IMG/VR virus record: IMGVR_UViG_3300031820_000004
Coordinates: 1 to 56,082 of that record
Reading direction: 5' to 3' (one strand)
From: a virus
Lineage: Duplodnaviria; Caudoviricetes
Length of the DNA: 56,082 nt
Shown here: positions 18,420 through 27,996 of the stretch, in pieces
How the letters are laid out: each line of letters begins with the position of its first letter
Numbering within the stretch: the first letter of the stretch is position 1
The notes under the pieces: model-generated
The model's input: the letters and a program-made list of their open reading frames with translations, nothing else
What the model was told of the DNA's origin: nothing
The model's database searches: none
Program-made: the position numbers and the translations under genes

Positions 18420-19160
18420 ATGCAAATATCTGATGACCTATTCTTAGGTCCGGCATTTACTACTCAGGGTTCCGATTCCGCTTTGGGGAATCCCTCGCCT
18501 ATGGAAAAAGGCGTCGGCCCCATGGGCAGGGTGTACATCTTTGACGTAGTTCCCTTAGTCCTACAAACTGCGGGCCTAGCGGCTTTGCAAACACTTCTGG
18601 CAGCAGGGAATTTAACGCTTACCGCAGGAACGGGCGTCACCACTACTACGGACGCAAGTGGTACGGTGCGATACGTACTCGATACGCCTCGGGTTGTGAC
18701 ATTCACCTCCGCAGCTGACGAATCCGCAGTCACCTTTACCGTTACCGGATACGACGTTTTCGGGCAGCGGATGACGCAAAGCCGAGCTGGCCCGAATGCT
18801 AATACTGTAGCAACGACCAAAGCGTTCAAGTCTATTATTAGTGTCGCGGCTTCAGCTGCAGTGGCCAACAATACTTCCGTAGGCTATGGTGACACGCTAG
18901 GCCTTCCTATACGCGTAACGAATGCGGTTTATGTGCTTGCGGTTAAGTGGGCTAGTACCTTGGCCCAAGATGCTGGGACGTTCACTGCTGCGGTTACTAC
19001 GGACCCTGCAACCGCTACGACTGGGGATGTGCGCGGTACCTACCTACCATCGTCCGCCACAGATGGAGCCAGGCGGTTAATCGTCGCTATTGCAGTGCCT
19101 GCGATTGGATGTGGACCGAATGCAACACGTGTAGGAGCTTTGGGAGTGACCCAAGCATGA
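18420..19160 (+). CDS. Virion structural protein
   Basis: A/T/G/V-rich, starts QISDDLFLG, follows the MCP gene. Confidence 0.65.
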   Translation: MQISDDLFLGPAFTTQGSDSALGNPSPMEKGVGPMGRVYIFDVVPLVLQTAGLAALQTLLAAGNLTLTAGTGVTTTTDASGTVRYVLDTPRVVTFTSAADESAVTFTVTGYDVFGQRMTQSRAGPNANTVATTKAFKSIISVAASAAVANNTSVGYGDTLGLPIRVTNAVYVLAVKWASTLAQDAGTFTAAVTTDPATATTGDVRGTYLPSSATDGARRLIVAIAVPAIGCGPNATRVGALGVTQA

Positions 19161-19218
19161 GGACTATAAAAATTGATGAAGAAAGGCTTCTTTCTAGTGT
19201 CATGAAAAGGAGACTCCC

Positions 19219-20136
19219 ATGCTAACCAACTTCCAGAATGGCAGCACTAGTTTCGGCATCCCTATGGTTGGTGCGGGGGTCAGTTTGCCCAAGACTTTCA
19301 GTGGCAATATCTGGTTCGTGGATAATACGCTGAATGTCACGGCCAACTTTGGTCAGCAGAGCCCCTTACCTACTATCTCGTCAGCTCTAAACTTGGCCCA
19401 AGCCGGGGATACAATCTATGTATTTGCGGGGTCTTATGCGGAGAATGTGGTTGTCACTAAGAATTACATAACGATCTTAGGCAGTCAGTTAGCGGGGTAT
19501 GCTCGCCCTGATGTGACGCCAGCTAGCGGGTTGCCTATAGATGTGCAAGCGCAAGGATTCCGAGCTATTAACATGCGGTTCGCGGGAACGGCTTCGGATT
19601 CCGCTAGACAGAGTGGTAATGGTTTTGAGTTTACGAACTGTGTATTCGATGGGGATTTGACAGCTGCTAAAGCAGGGCTTCGCCTGGTTGGAGCGCAAGT
19701 TGGGACAGATACGACTCACTATACCGCTTCAGAAGGGGTTGTTCAGGGGTGTTTGTTCCGAGGTTCTGCCGTAGGAATTATTTTCGACACCGCGCCCGCA
19801 GTGGTGGGGGTCGGCTCTACAGACAATTTAATTCAAGATAATATTTTTGATCGCAACACGCTTGATCTCGCTACGGCAGATTCTGGGCCAGGTACGTACT
19901 CTGTTCAGTTTGCCAAAGTATTAAGGAACCAGTTCATAGACAAGAACAAAAGTGTATACCTGGATTTTACAACGGCCAATGGTGGGGCGGCGAGTGACCA
20001 GTCCGGGGCGGTCAATGGTAATTACTTTGCTAGTGATACAATGACCACGACGAAGATAAAAGCTGTGGGTACAGGCTTCACGTTTAGCGGAAATTACATA
20101 ACCACAGGTATATTCGATGGGAGCGGTTTAGATTGA
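19219..20136 (+). CDS. Pectin-lyase-like right-handed beta-helix protein
   Basis: PLPTISSAL..AQAGDTIYVFAGSYAENVVV cap motif and N/F ladder repeats. Confidence 0.7.
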   Translation: MLTNFQNGSTSFGIPMVGAGVSLPKTFSGNIWFVDNTLNVTANFGQQSPLPTISSALNLAQAGDTIYVFAGSYAENVVVTKNYITILGSQLAGYARPDVTPASGLPIDVQAQGFRAINMRFAGTASDSARQSGNGFEFTNCVFDGDLTAAKAGLRLVGAQVGTDTTHYTASEGVVQGCLFRGSAVGIIFDTAPAVVGVGSTDNLIQDNIFDRNTLDLATADSGPGTYSVQFAKVLRNQFIDKNKSVYLDFTTANGGAASDQSGAVNGNYFASDTMTTTKIKAVGTGFTFSGNYITTGIFDGSGLD

Positions 20137-20215
20137 GCGGGTAGCTTAAATGGTAAAGCGTCCTATGACTATTGCCCAGGGAAGATGATTGTGGGTTCGA
20201 ATCCCTCCCCGTTCA
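20135..20215 (+). tRNA. Degenerate tRNA-like element (Ala-type acceptor)
   Basis: Acceptor GAGCGGG/CCCGUUC with G3.U70 and A73; D arm UAGCUUAAAUGGUAAAGC; T loop GGGUUCGAAUCCC. The anticodon arm is irregular (contains UGC) and CCA is not encoded. Confidence 0.6.
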
Positions 20216-20231
20216 CTGTTAGGAGTTCACG

Positions 20232-20630
20232 ATGGTTGATGCTGTAACGAGTCAGATAATCTTCGATGGAGACCAGCATACTGTAATAAAGTTTACAGAT
20301 ATATCTGATGGGACTGGAGAATCCGCAGTCCTTAAAGTGGACGTATCGACATTGCGAGGCGCTCCAACAGAGGTAACAATTGATAGAATCGAGTATGACA
20401 TCTCGGGGATGCAGATTCAGATTTTGTGGGATGCCACGGCGGATGTGGTGGCTTGGATATTGAGTACGGGTCAGTACGAGTTAGATTTTTCGGAATACGG
20501 AGGTATTCCTAATAACGCGGGAGCGGGTAAGACTGGAGACATCTTGTTCACTACTATAGGTGCTTCAGCCAACGACACATATGCTGTGACACTGACCCTG
20601 AGGAAAAAAGGAAACGTTCCTCCGCAGTAA
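20232..20630 (+). CDS. Virion structural protein
   Basis: AGGAG RBS; beta-rich 132 aa in the structural operon. Confidence 0.65.
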   Translation: MVDAVTSQIIFDGDQHTVIKFTDISDGTGESAVLKVDVSTLRGAPTEVTIDRIEYDISGMQIQILWDATADVVAWILSTGQYELDFSEYGGIPNNAGAGKTGDILFTTIGASANDTYAVTLTLRKKGNVPPQ

Positions 20631-20674
20631 TTACCTCGTAGTCCCTCGCAACAGCTTAAAAGGTTAGCAGCGCG

Positions 20675-21751
20675 ATGGCGACAAGTGGCACTGTAGGCAA
20701 TATAGTTCTAGATTTAGCGACCATTCTTGAGCACGCTATACGGCGATGCCGAGTGCCTACGTCCGTACAAACCCCTGAAGTTGTGCAGTTGATGTTGAGC
20801 AATCTTCAGAGGTTGCTCAATGAGCTTTCTAGTCTCGGGATAAATCTTTGGTGCGTAGAAAAGATTATCGTGGGATTGCATAAATTCCAGGAGAGCTACC
20901 AACTACCCGCTGGGACTGTGGATGTTCTCAACGCATTTCTTCGTACTTCTCCCAGCGTGGGGGGCACACTCTCCAGTAGTGACGGGCAAGGGATAGGCCC
21001 TCTACAGGACGGGGATGTTACAACCTATGTCACGCAGAGCTCAACAGGCGGTAATTTTAAACTAGTTTTCTCTGCCGCAACAGCTGTTAGGACAGTGGGA
21101 TTGCTTCATAAAGGCACTGCGACGCGCTCTTTGGTATTCGAGACTTCCCCTGACAACGTTGTATGGACCGTGGTTCGGTCTGTGGGGACAAAGACTTATT
21201 CTGAGGGCGAATGGATTTGGAACGATATAGACCCTACTAGAGAAGCTTTGTACTTCAGGGTTAGGGATACCTTGACGAATGCCTCTCTCTCGGCTTATGA
21301 GTTTTATGCTTCAGGGGGCGGTACGGAGATTGCGGCTGCAAGACTCAATCGGGATCAATTTACGAACATGCCTCAGAAATTTTTTTCTGGCAGACCGCTT
21401 CAGTATTGGTTTGATAGGCAAGTTACGCAGGCTGTTCTACATTTGTGGCCTAGTCCTGATGACATTTATACACAATATGTTGTATGGAGGCATCGGCTGG
21501 TTCAAGATGTAGGCACGGATCTTACTTTGGAAATAGAGGTACCCATAAAATGGCAAGAGGCGATATTTTCAGGGTTGGCGTTGCGAACAGCTTTGGAACT
21601 GCCGCAAGTGGATGTGCAACTTATCCCTATACTTAAGGCGTTGTATAAAGAGGCTTTAAGCATTGTAGAGACAGACGAATATGATAACTCGGTTATACAG
21701 TTAGCTCCCAATATCAGGCATTACACACGAGGCACTGGAGGGCGTAGGTGA
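20675..21751 (+). CDS. Probable head-tail adaptor with an inserted beta-sandwich domain
   Basis: MATSGT start, GINLW, GRPLQYWFDRQ and LWPSPD motifs typical of podovirus adaptor proteins. Confidence 0.6.
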   Translation: MATSGTVGNIVLDLATILEHAIRRCRVPTSVQTPEVVQLMLSNLQRLLNELSSLGINLWCVEKIIVGLHKFQESYQLPAGTVDVLNAFLRTSPSVGGTLSSSDGQGIGPLQDGDVTTYVTQSSTGGNFKLVFSAATAVRTVGLLHKGTATRSLVFETSPDNVVWTVVRSVGTKTYSEGEWIWNDIDPTREALYFRVRDTLTNASLSAYEFYASGGGTEIAAARLNRDQFTNMPQKFFSGRPLQYWFDRQVTQAVLHLWPSPDDIYTQYVVWRHRLVQDVGTDLTLEIEVPIKWQEAIFSGLALRTALELPQVDVQLIPILKALYKEALSIVETDEYDNSVIQLAPNIRHYTRGTGGRR

Positions 21752-21897
21752 AGAAGCAGTATAAACCTGTGAAATGTGCGTATTGCCGAAAGGTTTTTAC
21801 GCCCAACAATTCTAGGAAGAAGTGTTGTAGTGATAGATGCCGAATGTTGCGGAATGCATTCAGTTTGATACAACGAGCTACTTGGAGACCTTCTTAG
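21748..21897 (+). CDS. Small Zn-finger ORF, possible endonuclease remnant
   Basis: 49 aa CAYCRKVF...CCSDRC, coupled to both neighbours; read manually. Confidence 0.5.
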   Translation: MKKQYKPVKCAYCRKVFTPNNSRKKCCSDRCRMLRNAFSLIQRATWRPS

Positions 21898-22193
21898 TGC
21901 CGCGTTTTCTGAACACTCGTGGGCGTTCTAGTTTAGCAATCAAGCTTTGTGATAGGTGCGGGTTTAAGTTCCCTTTTGATGAGGTGTTTACGGACCCCAA
22001 TAATGGGCTTCAAGTGTGCCGAAAAGATTTGGACAACTATGACCCTTGGAGACTCCCAGCTCGAATGCCTGAAGACATAAGCCTGAGAAATCCTAGACCT
22101 GAAGTCAGCATAGCGACAACTTTGTTCAATTATCTTGTGACTGAGCAAGGTTATCATATAGTTACTCAGTCCGATAACCCCTTGGTGACGTGA
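21897..22193 (+). CDS. Cys-containing tail/neck protein
   Basis: Likely GTG start MPRFLNTRG; CDRCGFKF and PRP motifs. Confidence 0.6.
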   Translation: MPRFLNTRGRSSLAIKLCDRCGFKFPFDEVFTDPNNGLQVCRKDLDNYDPWRLPARMPEDISLRNPRPEVSIATTLFNYLVTEQGYHIVTQSDNPLVT

Positions 22194-24193
22194 TGGCAGG
22201 AACCGAAACAAGAATCAGCGAACTTCCTCAAGCGACGACGCTAGATGGTTCGGAGTTATTGCCTGTCGTTCAGGGAGGTGTGACTAAACGAGCTTCTGTA
22301 ATTCAGGTACAGTCTCAAGTGTTGCTTTCGGAATCTTTTCTTACCGTAGATAACGAATCCGCGACGGCGCCGGAGTCTCGAAGAGTCGCGTTTTCTGGGG
22401 GTTTGACACGAGTAGATGGTGGTCCAGGGTCCACATTCACATTTAATACTTCTGGTCTGCTCAATTCGCTTTCCGCTCTGGGGTCCAGTGGCTTCATGGT
22501 CAACAATGGCGGAGCCGCTGTGGCCAGGTCCTTAGTCCAGCCTTCGGCGGGGCTAACTATTTCCAATGCGGATGGTACTGGTGGCAATCCTACTCTTGCT
22601 TTGGCCAATGACCTTGCGGCTTTGGAAGGTATAGGTACCACAGGATTCGCCAAACGCACGGGAACGGATGCTTGGACCACTGCGTTAATAAGTTTGACCG
22701 CCGACGTATCTGGAACGCTCCCCGTAGCCAATGGTGGGACTGGCTTAACTGCGGGAACTTCTGGTGGAGTTTTAGGGTATACCGCAGCAGGCACGCTTGC
22801 TTCTTCTGCTGCGTTAACGGCTAATGCGCTTGTTTTGGGTGGTGGCGCGGGTGCGACGCCTACTACTCCAGTAGGTTTGGGCACTACAACTACCTTGCTG
22901 CATGGCAATGCTGCTGGAGCTCCTTCTTTTGCTGCGGTGTCTTTGACTGCGGATGTTAGTGGGACGCTTCCTGCCACTAATGGAGGAACGGGGTTTGCCT
23001 CTTATGCTGTCGGGGACATTCTCTATGCAAGCACTACCACAGCGTTATCCAAGTTGGCGGATGTGGCTGCGGGATCCTTCCTGCGTAGTGGTGGAGTGGC
23101 TACGGCTCCCGCATGGTCCACTACGGTCTGGACAAATTCCGCGACACAGGGCGACTTGCTCTTTGCCTCGGCGGCCAACACCTATACGAATCTGGCCAAA
23201 GATACTAACGCTACTCGATACCTCAGTAACACAGGAACGAGTAACAACCCCGCTTGGGCGCAGGTCAACTTAGCTAATGGTGTAACAGGAACTCTCCCCG
23301 TAGCCAATGGTGGGACAGGTTTAACGGGAGGAACTTCTGGTGGAGTTTTAGGATATACCGCAGCAGGCACGCTTGCCTCTTCTGCTGCGTTAACGGCTAA
23401 CGCAATTGTTTTGGGAGGTGGAGCGGGTGCGACGCCTACTACTCCCGTAGGTTTGGGCACTACAACTACCTTGCTACATGGCAATGCTGCGGGAGCTCCT
23501 TCATTCGCAGCAGTATCCTTGACTGCGGATGTTAGTGGGACGCTCCCTGTAGCTAATGGCGGTACAGGCGTAACTACTGTGGTGGCTATTGCAGCGTTGT
23601 TCACACGCCCTACCACGCAGACTTTCACCACGGGAAGCGGGACGTATACCACTCCTGCAAATGTCAGGTGGATTAGGCGCCGAATAGTTGGTGGCGGCGG
23701 TGGAGGGCAAGGTTCCGGAACTACTCCTGGAAGTGGCACCACTGGAGGAAATACCACATTCGGCACACTTACTGGGAGTGGCGGAGTCTCTGGTGGGGGT
23801 GGAGGTACTGGAGGCGCTGCGTCAGGAGGGTTGATCAATGCTCCAGGAGACCCTGGTGGCGGGGCTGTTGCTACAGGGGCGGCTTATGGAGGCGTTGGAG
23901 GGTCCACCAGACTCGGAGGTGGTGGTACTGGAGGCAACAACGCTCCCAGTGCGGGCAACCCCGCACCCGCTAATACAGGTGGCGGTGGAGGTGGCGGTGG
24001 AGGTGCTGCCGCAGTCACATCGGGAATTGGAGGTGGAGGTGGTGGGTATGTGGAGGATGTCGTGATTGGTCCCGCAGCCACATATTCTTATGCTGTGGGC
24101 GCGGGAGGTGCGGGAGGTGCTGCGGGCACTAGTGGAGCCGCAGGAGGTGCCGGGTCCGCTGGGTTCATACTGATTGAAGAATATTACATATAG
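22190..24193 (+). CDS. Tail fibre protein
   Basis: RISELP N-terminus, repeated GTLPVANGGTG fibre motifs, Gly-rich C-terminal domain. Confidence 0.8.
   Translation: MMAGTETRISELPQATTLDGSELLPVVQGGVTKRASVIQVQSQVLLSESFLTVDNESATAPESRRVAFSGGLTRVDGGPGSTFTFNTSGLLNSLSALGSSGFMVNNGGAAVARSLVQPSAGLTISNADGTGGNPTLALANDLAALEGIGTTGFAKRTGTDAWTTALISLTADVSGTLPVANGGTGLTAGTSGGVLGYTAAGTLASSAALTANALVLGGGAGATPTTPVGLGTTTTLLHGNAAGAPSFAAVSLTADVSGTLPATNGGTGFASYAVGDILYASTTTALSKLADVAAGSFLRSGGVATAPAWSTTVWTNSATQGDLLFASAANTYTNLAKDTNATRYLSNTGTSNNPAWAQVNLANGVTGTLPVANGGTGLTGGTSGGVLGYTAAGTLASSAALTANAIVLGGGAGATPTTPVGLGTTTTLLHGNAAGAPSFAAVSLTADVSGTLPVANGGTGVTTVVAIAALFTRPTTQTFTTGSGTYTTPANVRWIRRRIVGGGGGGQGSGTTPGSGTTGGNTTFGTLTGSGGVSGGGGGTGGAASGGLINAPGDPGGGAVATGAAYGGVGGSTRLGGGGTGGNNAPSAGNPAPANTGGGGGGGGGAAAVTSGIGGGGGGYVEDVVIGPAATYSYAVGAGGAGGAAGTSGAAGGAGSAGFILIEEYYI
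22712..23549 (+). repeat. Internal ~262-bp duplication in the tail fibre gene (22712..22973 and 23288..23549)
   Basis: Near-identical 87-aa modules 576 bp apart with mostly synonymous differences. Confidence 0.9.
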
Positions 24194-24202
24194 AAGGGTG
24201 AA

Positions 24203-24532
24203 ATGCCTACAAATTACATACTTTACCCTGTCAACAACCTCGGAACGTCTCCTGTAGCTATAAGAGCCTCCGTTGCAGCGTCTACGCAAGTGTTGTGCTT
24301 ATCTCTTACGATGGCCAATGTTACCGCAGCCACGGTTAACGGCAGAGCATACGTCACACGGTCTGGTGTTGATTATGATTTGGTCCCTCTAACAGCTATA
24401 CCTTCAGGAGGCTCCTTGGTCGCGATAGGTGAATCTCAGAAGTTAGTGCTAAATACTGGAGATGTACTTAATGTGGTCGGGGATACTGCAACTAGTCTGG
24501 ACTGCCTTTTGTCCGCCTTGGAAGTAACATGA
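24203..24532 (+). CDS. Tail-associated protein
   Basis: Small beta-rich ORF after the fibre gene; KLVLNTGD motif. Confidence 0.6.
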   Translation: MPTNYILYPVNNLGTSPVAIRASVAASTQVLCLSLTMANVTAATVNGRAYVTRSGVDYDLVPLTAIPSGGSLVAIGESQKLVLNTGDVLNVVGDTATSLDCLLSALEVT

Positions 24533-25323
24533 GTCTGAACTTCGTATCCAGATATAAAGGTCACGCTCAGGATTACTTGGGCAACACTAGGCGTGTCATG
24601 AGCAAGAGTGCTAACTACACTGTAACGTTAGCTGATAGTGGGTCGTTGATCTCGGCTAGTTCGGTGGGGACCACGACTATAACTCTGCCAGCTTCTGCCG
24701 TGGCGGGAAATGGATTCACGATAGGGGTTCGCAAGGATGGAATTACGGGAATAGTTCTCGTTGTGGCCAATGGTGCTGAGGTTATACGTGTGCCTGATGG
24801 GACTAATGGACAGAATTCGTACACTTTAGGGCCATCCGGGGATGTGGTATGGCTTACATGTTCGGGAGGAAATTGGCAGGCTACTTCTTTTCACAGTCGT
24901 CCTAGCTGTCAAGTCAATCGAAATGGGGTCAACCAGACTGGTCTGGTAAGCGGAGTATTCACTAAGGTCCAGTATAACAATACTGTGATTGATACGCACG
25001 GGTTTTACGACAGTTCTTCGAATTTTAGATTTACGCCCTTAATCCCTGGAAATTATTTGGCATCTCACATCGTCACTTGGGCAGCATCGGTTGTAGGAAG
25101 CGCGATAGATACAGCTATCTACAAGAACGGTTCCGAGGTGGCGCGGAGTGAACTATTCGCGGGAGGTACTGGAGTACAAACTAGCGGGATGGTAAGCATT
25201 TTGTTAAATATGAACGGGTCTTCCGACTACATAGAGTTTTTCGCTAGACAGAATACAGGGGTTAACCAAGATGTCCGGGGAGATTCTGTATTTTCGTTCG
25301 CGCAAGTTGTTAGGGTAGGTTAA
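24529..25323 (+). CDS. Tail fibre/receptor-binding protein with a C1q/TNF-like C-terminal domain
   Basis: KSANYT...TITLP N-domain; RFTP..PG.Y, IYKNG and MNGSSDYIE motifs. Confidence 0.65.
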   Translation: MSLNFVSRYKGHAQDYLGNTRRVMSKSANYTVTLADSGSLISASSVGTTTITLPASAVAGNGFTIGVRKDGITGIVLVVANGAEVIRVPDGTNGQNSYTLGPSGDVVWLTCSGGNWQATSFHSRPSCQVNRNGVNQTGLVSGVFTKVQYNNTVIDTHGFYDSSSNFRFTPLIPGNYLASHIVTWAASVVGSAIDTAIYKNGSEVARSELFAGGTGVQTSGMVSILLNMNGSSDYIEFFARQNTGVNQDVRGDSVFSFAQVVRVG

Positions 25324-25595
25324 TGGTACAAGCCCCTAAGCGGAGGAAAAACGATTCTACCAGCTTATTGTTGGGGGCAGCTAAGGCAACTGGAGGTTTC
25401 GTGTTTTTCGGGGCATTGTCTTTTGTAGGTAGTTGGGGAGTATCTCTGAATAGTTCAGTGGCGCAGCTTAAACAGGATGTGGCTGTGATTCATGAAAAGC
25501 AGGAGTTCCTTGCACCTTGGTTAGTAGGTGAGGTTCGAGGGTTGCGAGAGGACATTAAGGAGATGCGGAAGGAGCTGAGAGAAGCTAGGAAGTAA
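25323..25595 (+). CDS. Membrane protein (holin/antiholin candidate)
   Basis: One hydrophobic segment plus a coiled coil, upstream of the endolysin. Confidence 0.5.
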   Translation: MVQAPKRRKNDSTSLLLGAAKATGGFVFFGALSFVGSWGVSLNSSVAQLKQDVAVIHEKQEFLAPWLVGEVRGLREDIKEMRKELREARK

Positions 25596-25633
25596 CAGGT
25601 TCCCTCTGGGAACGGGGATGTTTTCAAAGGAGT

Positions 25634-26071
25634 ATGTTAGTGATTTTGAGCGAACATTTTACGTTGGACGAGTTTATTTTTTCGGAAGTTGCTACAAGGC
25701 GAGGAATTGACAACGTTCCAGACATCGTTATTTTGCAGAATTTAAAGAATCTTTCCACACACATGGAAGCTGTGCGAAATGTCTTGGAAGTGCCGCTCAA
25801 AGTTTCCAGTGCTTATAGATGCGCAGCCCTCAATACCTTGATAGGGGGCAGTCCCAATAGCGCACACGTTCGAGGTTTAGCTTGCGATTTTGTACCTGTT
25901 GGCATGTCGTTACTCAAGGCGGCTTGTATAATAAGAGATTCCAAGTTGCTGTATGACCAATTGATTCTGGAATACAGCCAATGGTTGCATTTAGGTTTCG
26001 ATAAAGCTATGCGTAGGGAGTGTCTGACTAAAAAGTCAGGTACAGAAGGATACTTGAGAGGTTTGGTGTAG
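25634..26071 (+). CDS. Endolysin, peptidase M15 family
   Basis: LSEHFTLDEF, SAYRC..LN, SAH..G.ACD and WLH zinc-binding motifs. Confidence 0.88.
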   Translation: MLVILSEHFTLDEFIFSEVATRRGIDNVPDIVILQNLKNLSTHMEAVRNVLEVPLKVSSAYRCAALNTLIGGSPNSAHVRGLACDFVPVGMSLLKAACIIRDSKLLYDQLILEYSQWLHLGFDKAMRRECLTKKSGTEGYLRGLV

Positions 26072-26101
26072 CAGAAGGCTATTTACTTAGGAGCTTAGTG
26101 T

Positions 26102-26299
26102 ATGGGGATGCGGACAGCAGGTAAGAACAGACCTACAACCACTGTGACTTCCGGCGCCATAGCTGGGGCGGGAACGGTCGTTGTGCTGTGGATACTGAAA
26201 GATTTAGCAGGAATGGATGCAGGCGTGGAAGTGGCAGGCGCCATGCAAATGGTTCTGACGTTTATAGTACAGCATTTGGTGGAGAATCGAGATGGTTAA
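26102..26299 (+). CDS. Holin candidate
   Basis: 65 aa with two hydrophobic segments, next to the endolysin. Confidence 0.5.
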   Translation: MGMRTAGKNRPTTTVTSGAIAGAGTVVVLWILKDLAGMDAGVEVAGAMQMVLTFIVQHLVENRDG

Positions 26300-26642
26300 T
26301 CGAAATAGCGCGGCATTTTACTTATTCCAAGCTTTTCTTATGGCTTTGGCCTTAGTTGCTTGCGCTACGGTCCCGAAAACTTTCAACCAACGGTTGGTGG
26401 TGGCATATTCCAGCGTGACCGCAGCTAGAGAATCCGCGCTTCTTTTGTTGGAGAAAGACAAGATTAGTGTACAGGATGCTCAGAGGATTCAGGCTCAAAT
26501 GGACACCCTTAGGGATATGTTGGATCGAACTAGGGTTTTGAACATGTCCGGGGAGACGTTAAAAGCTGAGGACGGTTTAAAGTTGGCGATGACGCTGTTG
26601 ACTGAGGTAGAAAATTACTTGAAGGCTAAAGGGGGTGATTAG
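26292..26642 (+). CDS. Lipoprotein (lysis accessory/spanin candidate)
   Basis: Signal peptide with LVAC lipobox; helical body. Confidence 0.6.
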   Translation: MVNRNSAAFYLFQAFLMALALVACATVPKTFNQRLVVAYSSVTAARESALLLLEKDKISVQDAQRIQAQMDTLRDMLDRTRVLNMSGETLKAEDGLKLAMTLLTEVENYLKAKGGD

Positions 26643-26858
26643 ATGGGCAATGCGTTACAAGTCATAGAGCTACTCAATAGCTTAATGTCGGTAATCTCGG
26701 TTACTGTCGAACATGCGCAAAAGGTGGGGGCGATTCTTAAACAAGCTCAAGATGAAGGGCGAGACGTGACGGACGCAGAACTTTCTAAAATAATTACGGA
26801 AGATGACGTGGCGCGTACGGCTTTAGAATCTGCGATAAAAGCGAGAACCCGCCCGTGA
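26643..26858 (+). CDS. Hypothetical protein in the lysis cassette
   Basis: GGGGGTG RBS; amphipathic helix; EGRDVT motif. Confidence 0.55.
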   Translation: MGNALQVIELLNSLMSVISVTVEHAQKVGAILKQAQDEGRDVTDAELSKIITEDDVARTALESAIKARTRP

Positions 26859-27493
26859 CTGTCATGACCTTTTCGTCGTTGAAGGCGGATGTGCAGCAGT
26901 ATGCTGACAGGTCGGATTCTCCCTTTGTGGACCAAATTCCAAAGCTCGTCGCTTTAGCTGAGCTCAGAATCGCCACAGAAGTCCATGCTCTGGGTTATAG
27001 AAAGTTTGGCACGACCACTTTCGAGGCAGGCCAACCCGTATCTCAGAAGCCTTCCAGTTGGAGAGAAACTGTCAGCATAAGTATTGGTGTGGGTACGGGG
27101 CAGAATGAGCATAAACATATTTTTTATAGAGAGTATCAATATTGCCGGAGATATTGGCCTCTTTCTACGCAGACTGGAGAGCCTAGATATTACTCGGATT
27201 ACGATTTTGAACATTGGTTAGTGGTGCCTACCCCTGATCGGGATTACGCTTCCGAGGTTGCTTATCATGAGAGACCTATCCCGCTCTCCGAGGATGTTCA
27301 GCAGAATTGGACTACGAAGTATGCTCCACAACTGATACTTTATGCGACTCTGTTAGAGGCGCAACCCTTTCTCATGCGACCTGAGCGGACTGCGGAGTTT
27401 CAGAGTTTATATGACCGCGCAGCTTCCGCGATAACCAATGAAGAGAAGCGTAGACTCTTGGATGATGCTAGTGCTAGAAAGGATGGGACTTAG
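26855..27493 (+). CDS. Tail/neck (adaptor-like) protein
   Basis: LAELRI, VPTPD, NWTTKYAPQLILYATLLEAQPFL. Confidence 0.65.
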   Translation: MTVMTFSSLKADVQQYADRSDSPFVDQIPKLVALAELRIATEVHALGYRKFGTTTFEAGQPVSQKPSSWRETVSISIGVGTGQNEHKHIFYREYQYCRRYWPLSTQTGEPRYYSDYDFEHWLVVPTPDRDYASEVAYHERPIPLSEDVQQNWTTKYAPQLILYATLLEAQPFLMRPERTAEFQSLYDRAASAITNEEKRRLLDDASARKDGT

Positions 27494-27994
27494 GTGGGAT
27501 TCGTATCCTTTGTGCGAGACTTGGACACGGTAGGCGATGGAACTGGAGCTACTAATGGGGCTCAGAATTTCTCCGCGTCCGCCACGGACTTTAAGCTTTT
27601 GCACACGGGGAAGTTCATGATACTGAATTCTTTGAGTCTGGTTCTGCAAAATAATAATTCTCAATTCTTCCCTACAGGCTACGGGTCCTTGGCAGCGTTA
27701 ACTAACGGAATTTCACTCAGGTATAGGTTCAAGGGAGTGGATTACGATTTGCTAAGAGGAAAACTGATAAAAAGAACATCCCACCTAATGGAGTCTGCAT
27801 CTAGTTTTTCCGCTTTTGACCTAGCGGGAGGTGTTAAGGATACGCTGCTCAAGGCAGTTTTCTGGTTTGATTTTTTGCGCCAAGAACATATGGTGTTGGA
27901 CAGGACAGGAGACTTCTTTAAGGTCCGGCTTAATGATGACTTCTCCGGCTTGGCCAGGCACACTTTCACGATTTCAGGCGTGGTGGAGGAGTAA
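27494..27994 (+). CDS. Hypothetical structural-region protein
   Basis: 166 aa ORF filling the gap in the operon. Confidence 0.55.
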   Translation: MGFVSFVRDLDTVGDGTGATNGAQNFSASATDFKLLHTGKFMILNSLSLVLQNNNSQFFPTGYGSLAALTNGISLRYRFKGVDYDLLRGKLIKRTSHLMESASSFSAFDLAGGVKDTLLKAVFWFDFLRQEHMVLDRTGDFFKVRLNDDFSGLARHTFTISGVVEE

Positions 27995-27996
27995 AC

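Noticed and set aside
20135-20215. tmRNA
   Set aside because: G3.U70 is present, but the element has a D stem, is only ~81 nt and has no tag reading frame.
22315-24289. Pro-rich - strand ORFs over the tail fibre gene
   Set aside because: Antisense shadows of Gly/Ala/Thr codons.
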